This document shows, piece after piece, positions 25,446-32,000 of a stretch of DNA of 32,000 nt (position 1 is its first letter; every line of letters begins with the position of its first letter). Below the pieces are notes generated by a model, which worked only from the letters and a program-made list of their open reading frames with translations, was not told where the DNA came from and made no database searches. Position numbers and translations under genes: made by a program. Source of the stretch: Dickeya dadantii NCPPB 898 (GTDB taxonomy: Bacteria; Pseudomonadota; Gammaproteobacteria; Enterobacterales; Enterobacteriaceae); contig NZ_CM001976.1 in NCBI RefSeq assembly GCF_000406145.1, forward strand, positions 2,443,543 to 2,475,542. The letters run 5' to 3'.

Positions 25446-27491
25446 TTATTCCACCAGTCCGCTTACCCGCAACACCCGCCGGTCGACCGCCTCCGCCAGC
25501 ACCGTGCTGTGCTTCCCCACGCAGCCGAGGCTGAACGCGTGTTTGGCGCGGGTAATACCGGTGTACACCAGTTCGCGGGTCAGGATCGGGCTTAAAGAAT
25601 CCGGCAGCAGCAAGGCGGTGTGGGCGAATTCCGACCCCTGGGATTTGTGCACCGTCATGGCGAACACCGTTTCCACCGCGGGCAGTCGCCCCGGCAGCAC
25701 CCAGCGGATACCCGATGAGCCATCGCCGGCCGGAAACGCCACCCTGGTCGCCCACCCCCATGAACCGTCCGGCTGGAGCAGCGGCACCTGTAGGGTGATG
25801 CCGATATCGCCGTTCATCAGCCGCTGGCTATAATCGTTGCGGGTCACCATCACCGGCCGCCCCGGATACCAGCCTTGCCAGGCCGCCAGCAAGCCGTCCC
25901 GATACAGCAGTTGGGCGATGCGCCCATTCATACTGTCGACGCCCCACGGCCCGTTGCGCAACGCGCACAACAGTTGGAACTGGCCGAAGGCATCCAGAAT
26001 CTGCGCCGCCCAGATGTCGAACTCGCTTTGCGGCGCCGTCAGCGCCGGCCGAGTCGAGGCCATCCGTCTCAGGTAGTTGCCGTAGCCCACCGGCGCCGCC
26101 GCAGCGGGCTGAGCGCCGAACCGATCGGCGGCGCCGTCAATAACCCATTCACGCAGCGCGCGGTTATCATTCGCCGTCAACGTCAGGCGCGCCAGGTCGG
26201 CATACCCCTGCCGCCAGACAGACGCCAACGCCGCCGCATCGCCGGCGTTCACCGCCTCCGCCAGTTGGCCGATGCCGCTGTCAGCGCCAAAGCGGTAGCT
26301 GTGACGCAGCATGGCGATGGATTGATCCAGCGCGCTGCCTTGCGGGTCGAGCAGCGAATCGTCCGGCGCGTCCCCCGCCACCTCGCGTAACCAGTCGCGG
26401 GTCTGCGGCAGGTAATGCCCTTGTGCGGCGCGCTGGCACAGTTCGCCCATCAATGCGCCGGCTTCCACCGACGCCAGTTGATCTTTATCGCCCAGCAGAA
26501 TCAGGCGGGACCGGGCCGGCATCGCCGCCAGCAGCGCCGCCATCATCTCCAGATCCACCATCGACGCTTCATCCACCACCAGCACATCCAGCATCAACGG
26601 ATTATCGGCGTGATGACGGAAATGCCGGGTATCCGGCCGGCTGCCCAGCAACCGGTGCAGGGTCACCACCTCGCTATTGATATGCTCCCGAATAACCTCT
26701 CCCTGCGCCAGCCCATCCAGCGTCAGGCCGGCAATGGCCCCGGCAATCGACTCGTTCAGACGGGCCGCCGCCTTGCCGGTGGGCGCCGCCAGCCGAATCC
26801 GCAACGGCTTGCCGTGCTGTTCCATCGCCAGCGACTGCAACAGCGCCAGCAGTTTCACCACGGTGGTGGTTTTCCCGGTGCCCGGCCCGCCGGTGATGAT
26901 GCTGAAGGCACTGCCCGCCGCCAGCGCGCAGGCCAGTTTCTGCCAGTTGGCGGAGCCGGCCGCGGTGGCAGGAAACAGCGCATCCAACCGCTGGCGCAGC
27001 GCCGCTGGCGTTATCGCCGCCCGCAGCGCGTCGTTTTGTGTCAGTTGCTGCGTAATGGCGTGGCGCACATCCTGCTCGTATCGCCAGTAACGGCGCAGAT
27101 ACAGACGCGCGCCGACCAGCACCAGCGGCGTGCTGCCTTCCCCCGACGATACCAGTTGCGGCTGTTGCAACGCCGCCTGCCAGGACGACAGGGTAACGCC
27201 CGCCAGAACCTCCGCCGGGCGCGCAATCTTACGATTTTCACTGCGATCGCCTTCCGGCGGCAGCGCCAATGAAAACCCGCTGTCGGCAAGCGTGGCGTCC
27301 AGATCGAGGCACACATGCCCGCGCCCAAGCTGATAGCTGACCAGCGCCGCGCCCAGCAGCAACAAGGGCGACGCCTCCGGGCACTCCTGATGCAGAAAGC
27401 GCACCAACGCCCGATCCAGCTCCCGCAACCAGCCGCACTCAACCCACTGGTCCAGCAACAGGGTTAATTCGTCATAACGGGTTATGTTCAT
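25446..27491 (-). CDS. recD: Exodeoxyribonuclease V alpha subunit RecD
   Basis: 681 aa. Walker A ITGGPGTGKTTTV, LAAPTGKAAARL, VLVVDEASMVD, LGDKDQLASVEAG, AMTVHKSQGSEF, YTGITRAK. Collinear with E. coli RecD but longer. Start overlaps the recB stop (ATGA). Confidence 0.93.
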   Translation of the reverse strand: MNITRYDELTLLLDQWVECGWLRELDRALVRFLHQECPEASPLLLLGAALVSYQLGRGHVCLDLDATLADSGFSLALPPEGDRSENRKIARPAEVLAGVTLSSWQAALQQPQLVSSGEGSTPLVLVGARLYLRRYWRYEQDVRHAITQQLTQNDALRAAITPAALRQRLDALFPATAAGSANWQKLACALAAGSAFSIITGGPGTGKTTTVVKLLALLQSLAMEQHGKPLRIRLAAPTGKAAARLNESIAGAIAGLTLDGLAQGEVIREHINSEVVTLHRLLGSRPDTRHFRHHADNPLMLDVLVVDEASMVDLEMMAALLAAMPARSRLILLGDKDQLASVEAGALMGELCQRAAQGHYLPQTRDWLREVAGDAPDDSLLDPQGSALDQSIAMLRHSYRFGADSGIGQLAEAVNAGDAAALASVWRQGYADLARLTLTANDNRALREWVIDGAADRFGAQPAAAAPVGYGNYLRRMASTRPALTAPQSEFDIWAAQILDAFGQFQLLCALRNGPWGVDSMNGRIAQLLYRDGLLAAWQGWYPGRPVMVTRNDYSQRLMNGDIGITLQVPLLQPDGSWGWATRVAFPAGDGSSGIRWVLPGRLPAVETVFAMTVHKSQGSEFAHTALLLPDSLSPILTRELVYTGITRAKHAFSLGCVGKHSTVLAEAVDRRVLRVSGLVE

Positions 27492-30400
27492 GCCGTCGCC
27501 TCCGTTTCGCCGCTAAACAGGCGATCCAGCGCCTCAATCAGCGATCGGTCCGGCCGCTCGGCGCACACGCCGCCGCCCGGCGCCTGACTGCCGCGCAGGA
27601 ACAGGTATAACGCGCCGCCGACGTGACGGTCGTAGTCGTAATCCGGCAGGCGGGATTTCAGCAAGCGGTGCAGCGCGAACAGATACAGCGCCAGTTGCAG
27701 ATCGTAACGGTGATCCAGCATGTCGCTCGCCATACGCGGTGGGTCATAGTCGGCGGCGTCCGCCCCCAGCCAGTTGGATTTGTAGTCCAGCACGTAGTAG
27801 CGCCCCTGATGTTCAAACACCAAATCGATAAACCCTTTCAGCATGCCGTTAAGCTGTTCACGCATCAGCGCCGCACGCGGTTCACCCGCCAGCGTGGCGG
27901 CCCTGACCTGTTGATCCAATATCTGGGTGTCGACCTGATTGAGCGCAAACCAGAACTCCATTTCCACCTGATACTGCGTCAGCCCGGCCAGCGAGACTGC
28001 GCTGCCGGGTTGCGTCGGCAACGCCAGTGGCTGGCTAAGCAGCGTCATCAACCAGTCGGTGAGCATCGGTATCCACTGCGTCCAGCCTTGCCGGTTACAG
28101 CGCCGCGCCACCTGATCCTCCACCCGGGGCCGATCCGCCGCCAGCAAGGCGAAGCCCTCTTTCCCGGCCCACTCCAGCAGGCCGTGCAGAAAACTGCCCG
28201 GTGCCGCGCCGCGTGGAAAACTGTACATGTCGAAGCCGGACGGCAACGGCGGCAGACGCTCCGTCGACGCCTGCGGTTCGCTAAAGGTTTCCTGCTTCGC
28301 GCTCTGCACTTCGGGCTCGTCGCCCGCAGCAGGTTCACGAAACTCGCGGTAATGCCCTTCCGGTGCCAGTTGTAAACCGGAATAGCTGGTGATACGCCAG
28401 CGGTGACTGCGCATATCCGGCAACGGCGGCTCCTGCCCCAACGCCGGCGTATGCAGCTCGGCGCGATAGACAGCGTCATCCGTCTCCGGCAACGGCGCAA
28501 TCTGGCTGTCCGCGCCGCACCAGGTCGACAGTTGTTGCGTCAGTTGCGCCGGTTCCAGCGGTTCGCCGGCGCCGAGCAGGTAACCAGGCGCGCTTTTCTC
28601 CAGCTCTTTCAGCGGCGCCATGCCAAGCCACATGGCGTAGCGGGCGCGGGTCAGCGCCACATAAAATTTACGCAGGTCCTCGCCCAGCCGCTCATGGTCG
28701 GCACGCTGCACCGCCTCGTCGCTGGCAATCAACTCAAGGCGCGGCTTCGCGTCATCATCATGAAATTTCAGCGGCACGTCCCGGTGGCTGACGGTGCGAA
28801 ACGCACAGGCAAACGGCAGAAACACCAGCGGATACTCCAGCCCTTTGGACTTGTGGACGGTGACCACCTTCACCAGATCGGCATCGCTTTCCAGCCGCAG
28901 TTTCAGGGTGTCGCCGCCGGGGTTATCCGCCTGGCGCTGCTCCGCCAGATAGCGGATCAGCGCGTGCTCGCCGTCCAGATGCACGCTGGCCTGTTGCAGC
29001 AATTCCGACAGGTGCAGCATATCGGTCAGCGCGCGGGTATTATCGGCGGCCAGCAGCCGGCGCGGCACATCGAAATCCCACATTAGCCGCCGCAGCATCG
29101 GCAACACGCCTTGCTGTTGCCAGCAGCGCTGGTAGTGGTCAAATTGCATCACCCGGCGTTCCCACTCCTGCTCGTCGTGGTTTAAGCGGTCGAGCGCCTG
29201 CCAGCTCAGCCCCAGCGCTGGGGTCGCCAGCGCGGCGCGCAGCAGCCGATCGTTCTCTGGGTCGGCGCAGGCCGCCAGCCAGCAGTGCAGTTCGCCGGCC
29301 TGCGGACTGTCGAACACCGACTCCCGGTCCGACAGATACACGCTGCGCACGCCACGGGCGGAAAGTTGCGCCCGCACCGCCATCGCTTCGCGCCCGGTAT
29401 TGACCAGCACCGCCATATCCCCCGGTTTGACCGGGCGCAGCGGCTGCCCCGGTACGGCAAAACCGGCCCGGCCTTGCCCGCCGAGTTGCAGCAGCCGCAC
29501 CATTTCGCGGGCGCAGCCGGCAGCCATGCGCTGGCGGTATTCCGCCGACGACAGCGGTTCGTCCGTCGCCAGCGTCCAGCAGGTCAACGCCGCGGCGTCA
29601 GCGCCGTCCAGCACCCACGCCTCGTCGCGGCCGTTGGCCTGCACCGGTAAAAACGGCACCGGATTGTCGCCGTCCGGCTGACGAAACAGAAACGCCCCCG
29701 CGCCGTCGGCACGATTTTCCGCCTGCATGAACACCTGATTGACGGCGCCGACCATCGCCTGGGTGGATCGGAAGTTAGTGCCCAGCGTGTAATGCCGCCC
29801 GTCGGTATCGCGGCGGGCGCGCAAATAGGTATAGATATCGGCGCCGCGAAACGCGTAAATCGCCTGTTTCGGGTCGCCGATCAGAATCAGCCCTTGCTGC
29901 GGGTCGTTGTCCGCCACCCGGTAAAGGGTATCGAAAATGCGGTATTGCAGCGGATCGGTGTCCTGAAACTCGTCGATCATCGCCACCGGGAATTGACGGC
30001 GAATACGCTGCGCCAGCCGTTCGCCGTTGTCGCTGCGCAGCGCGGCATCCAGCCGGGTCAGCAGGTCCTGAAACCCCATTTGCGCCCGGCTCTCCTGCTC
30101 GTGGCGAAACCGCTGGCTGACCCAACGGCAGGCGTGCCGCAGTAACTGACTGCGCGGCTCCGGTAATTCGCTCAGCTGCTGCGGCAACGTCTCCATCGCG
30201 GTCAAGGCCGGATGCTGCGGCGCCTCTTCCGGCACTTTCCAGCACTCCCGCAACCCTTGCGGGGTCAGCCGCGTCCAGCCGGTGCCGATATCCAGCGTCG
30301 TCTCATCGCTGGTGGCCCAGTGGTGCAGTTTGTCCAGCCACGGCTCGAAATAGCGGGCCTGCAGCTTATGACCATTCGCCTTTTTCTGTGCCACCGCGTC

Positions 30401-31162
30401 GTTCAACAGGTCGCGCAACTCGACGCACCACTGCGGCCAGGGCGCTTTCAGCGCGCTCAGACGGCGCGTTTTTTCTTCACGGACCGCGCTGAAAATCTGC
30501 GCGGGCAGCTCGTCGATGCCAATCTCGTCGGCGTACTCCAGCAGCGGCGTCACGCTGCGATAAAAGTGTTCCGGCGACGGCCAGCTATCGCGCAGTTCCA
30601 GCACATCGCGGGCATCAAGCGGAAAAAAGAACGTGCGCCAGTAATCGCGCACCACCTCCAGCAGCAAATCGCTCTGGTCGGTTTCCAGCGTCTGGTTAAA
30701 CAGGCTGCCGCTGTCAAAGGCGTGTTCGCCCAGCATCCGATTACACCAGCTGTGGATGGTGGACACCGCCGCTTCGTCCATCCATTCAGCGGCCAGCTGC
30801 AATTTGCGCGCGCAGTCCGGCCACTGTTCCGGCGGGTAGTCGGCGCGCAGTTCGCCCAGCAGCGGATCGACCGCGTCATCCTTGCCATCCGGCTGAAAGT
30901 AAGCGGCCGCCTGCGCCAGCCGGGCGCGAATACGGTCGCGCAGCTCGCGGGTGGCGGCATCGGTAAAGGTCACCACCAGAATGTCCGGCGGATTGAGCGG
31001 GCGAGAGAACGCCTGCTCGCCGCCGTGCCCCAACACCAGCCGCACATACAGCATGGCGATGGTGAAGGTTTTGCCGGTGCCGGCGCTGGCTTCGATCAGC
31101 CGGCTACCGGCGAGCGGAAAGCGCAGCACATCCAGCGGAGAAGGTAACGCACGCGCCGTCAT
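27488..31162 (-). CDS. recB: Exodeoxyribonuclease V beta subunit RecB
   Basis: 1,224 aa. LIEASAGTGKTFTI, VAMIDEFQDTDPLQY, IGDPKQAIYAFRGADI, TVHKSKGLEYPLVFLPF, and the C-terminal nuclease motif MLKGFIDLVFEHQGRYYVLDYKSN. ATGA overlaps with recC upstream and recD downstream. Confidence 0.95.
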   Translation of the reverse strand: MTARALPSPLDVLRFPLAGSRLIEASAGTGKTFTIAMLYVRLVLGHGGEQAFSRPLNPPDILVVTFTDAATRELRDRIRARLAQAAAYFQPDGKDDAVDPLLGELRADYPPEQWPDCARKLQLAAEWMDEAAVSTIHSWCNRMLGEHAFDSGSLFNQTLETDQSDLLLEVVRDYWRTFFFPLDARDVLELRDSWPSPEHFYRSVTPLLEYADEIGIDELPAQIFSAVREEKTRRLSALKAPWPQWCVELRDLLNDAVAQKKANGHKLQARYFEPWLDKLHHWATSDETTLDIGTGWTRLTPQGLRECWKVPEEAPQHPALTAMETLPQQLSELPEPRSQLLRHACRWVSQRFRHEQESRAQMGFQDLLTRLDAALRSDNGERLAQRIRRQFPVAMIDEFQDTDPLQYRIFDTLYRVADNDPQQGLILIGDPKQAIYAFRGADIYTYLRARRDTDGRHYTLGTNFRSTQAMVGAVNQVFMQAENRADGAGAFLFRQPDGDNPVPFLPVQANGRDEAWVLDGADAAALTCWTLATDEPLSSAEYRQRMAAGCAREMVRLLQLGGQGRAGFAVPGQPLRPVKPGDMAVLVNTGREAMAVRAQLSARGVRSVYLSDRESVFDSPQAGELHCWLAACADPENDRLLRAALATPALGLSWQALDRLNHDEQEWERRVMQFDHYQRCWQQQGVLPMLRRLMWDFDVPRRLLAADNTRALTDMLHLSELLQQASVHLDGEHALIRYLAEQRQADNPGGDTLKLRLESDADLVKVVTVHKSKGLEYPLVFLPFACAFRTVSHRDVPLKFHDDDAKPRLELIASDEAVQRADHERLGEDLRKFYVALTRARYAMWLGMAPLKELEKSAPGYLLGAGEPLEPAQLTQQLSTWCGADSQIAPLPETDDAVYRAELHTPALGQEPPLPDMRSHRWRITSYSGLQLAPEGHYREFREPAAGDEPEVQSAKQETFSEPQASTERLPPLPSGFDMYSFPRGAAPGSFLHGLLEWAGKEGFALLAADRPRVEDQVARRCNRQGWTQWIPMLTDWLMTLLSQPLALPTQPGSAVSLAGLTQYQVEMEFWFALNQVDTQILDQQVRAATLAGEPRAALMREQLNGMLKGFIDLVFEHQGRYYVLDYKSNWLGADAADYDPPRMASDMLDHRYDLQLALYLFALHRLLKSRLPDYDYDRHVGGALYLFLRGSQAPGGGVCAERPDRSLIEALDRLFSGETEATA

Positions 31163-32000
31163 GGCTGGCCTCCTGATTTTTTATTCTTCGCCGACGCCGC
31201 TTTCATCGTCAGGTACAGCGGCGCCAGCAGTTGCTGCGTCCAGCGGGCAAACTCGCCGTTGGCCCACAGGTGGTCGAAACTCGGGAAAGCCCGCGCCAGA
31301 TAGGCGTTAGACGCCGATTCGGCAAACTTGCGGTTGGCCGGATCATGTTCCTCATAACACTGACGTGCCGCCTTGCCCGCCTCACCGTCCGGCGGCTGAT
31401 CCGGTTCTCCGCCCGTCTCCAGCCAGCGAAATCCGCTTTTCACCGCCAGCGGCAGCGGGTAACGCATGCCTTCCCGCCAGGCATCCACCAGCGCCTGCCA
31501 GTATACTTTCGCCTGCTCCGGCTCCAGCGTCGGCAGGTAAACGGTGCCGTTTTTGCTGACCAGCGTGCTGTGCAGTGGTTGCCCGCCAAGGTGCCCGGCC
31601 AGATGCGCCACCCAGAACGGCAATAGCTTGTCGAAGCGATAGCTGCGCCGCGTGGGATGAAGCAACCCACCGCTTTCCAGCACCAGCCGGCACCGGTTGC
31701 CCTGCCCGTCTGTGCGCAGCTCGTTCAGCCAGTCTTCCAGCGGGACATCGGGCAGCGACAGCGCTTCGTCAGCCGTCGCTTCAGGCCATTTTTCCCGTTC
31801 CTGCTCGTAACGGGTGAACAGATCCGCCATCGGCTCCGCCAAATCCTGCTCCAGCACCGCGGTAAAGCCGCCCGGCGCCAGTTCGCCGCGCCGGGCGATG
31901 CGCGCCAGCTGTTCCGCCAGCGCCTGCTCGCGGGGGATACGCTGGCGTAACGCCGCGTGCTGCACCTGAATCAGCTCGTGTTGCAGGCGCCAGTTTTCCA
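31159..32000 (-). CDS. recC: Exodeoxyribonuclease V gamma subunit RecC, C-terminal part (continues beyond the window end)
   Basis: The reading frame stays open past the track start (GTG 31965) to position 32000 (...ENWRLQHELIQVQHAALRQ...). The stop overlaps the recB ATG. The call rests mainly on position and coupling in a recC-recB-recD block; I did not recognise specific RecC motifs. Confidence 0.8.
   Translation of the reverse strand, partial: ENWRLQHELIQVQHAALRQRIPREQALAEQLARIARRGELAPGGFTAVLEQDLAEPMADLFTRYEQEREKWPEATADEALSLPDVPLEDWLNELRTDGQGNRCRLVLESGGLLHPTRRSYRFDKLLPFWVAHLAGHLGGQPLHSTLVSKNGTVYLPTLEPEQAKVYWQALVDAWREGMRYPLPLAVKSGFRWLETGGEPDQPPDGEAGKAARQCYEEHDPANRKFAESASNAYLARAFPSFDHLWANGEFARWTQQLLAPLYLTMKAASAKNKKSGGQP

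Noticed and set aside
25276-31626. Many long ORFs antisense to or out of frame with recD/recB/recC (for example 25276-25833, 25875-26390, 26415-27272, 27623-28375, 28403-29086, 29792-30145, 30212-31147, 31231-31626)
   Set aside because: All lie inside or overlap the well-supported recBCD coding frames. Their translations are Arg/Gly/Pro/Gln-rich low-complexity strings with no motifs. This is the expected artefact of stop-codon depletion in GC-rich DNA.

Overview
This looks like a chromosomal segment of a Pectobacteriaceae enterobacterium. My best guess is Dickeya, inferred only from a GH30 XynA-like xylanase and E. coli-like housekeeping proteins. Core genes: prfA (5' part) and hemA on the minus strand; lolB-ispE-prs on the plus strand; ychH; pth-ychF; dbpA; an operon of a secreted TPR protein, an ECF sigma and an anti-sigma; a yceI-family gene; a DosC-like globin-coupled diguanylate cyclase; and a translationally coupled recC(partial)-recB-recD block on the minus strand. 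Three accessory pieces are interleaved. (i) A low-GC two-gene module (secreted DJ-1/PfpI-like protein plus divergent LysR regulator) is bracketed by ERIC repeats (4322-6552). (ii) An ~8.5 kb insertion at the 3' end of ychF is delimited by ~100-bp direct repeats (8958-9057 and 17462-17560). (iii) A low-GC xynA islet follows. In the ychF insertion, the only intact non-transposon gene is a ~1,964-aa protein (9634-15528). It combines an N-terminal transglutaminase-like Cys/His core, a DUF4011-like segment, an SF1 Upf1/DNA2-type helicase whose Walker A and B motifs are 625 codons apart, a DUF559/Vsr-like PD-(D/E)xK endonuclease and a DUF3320-like tail. The rest of the island is mobile-element debris: two inverted transposase-tail relics, a resolvase fragment, an intact IS3-family (IS407-group) IS sitting inside a Tn3-type terminal repeat, and a tnpA 3' relic. 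The lone giant helicase-nuclease is my top candidate for an uncharacterised single-protein defence or conflict system. Secondary oddities: a 4x17-bp tandem duplication of the pth start that creates three overlapping 6-codon mini-ORFs; an ECF sigma gene with no canonical start codon; a 4x TTCGAA-centred repeat array in the dbpA/TPR intergenic region; and recC-recB-recD lacking ptrA and visibly more GC-rich than its surroundings. I recognised no tRNA, rRNA or CRISPR array. All family names come from memory of motifs, not from searches.
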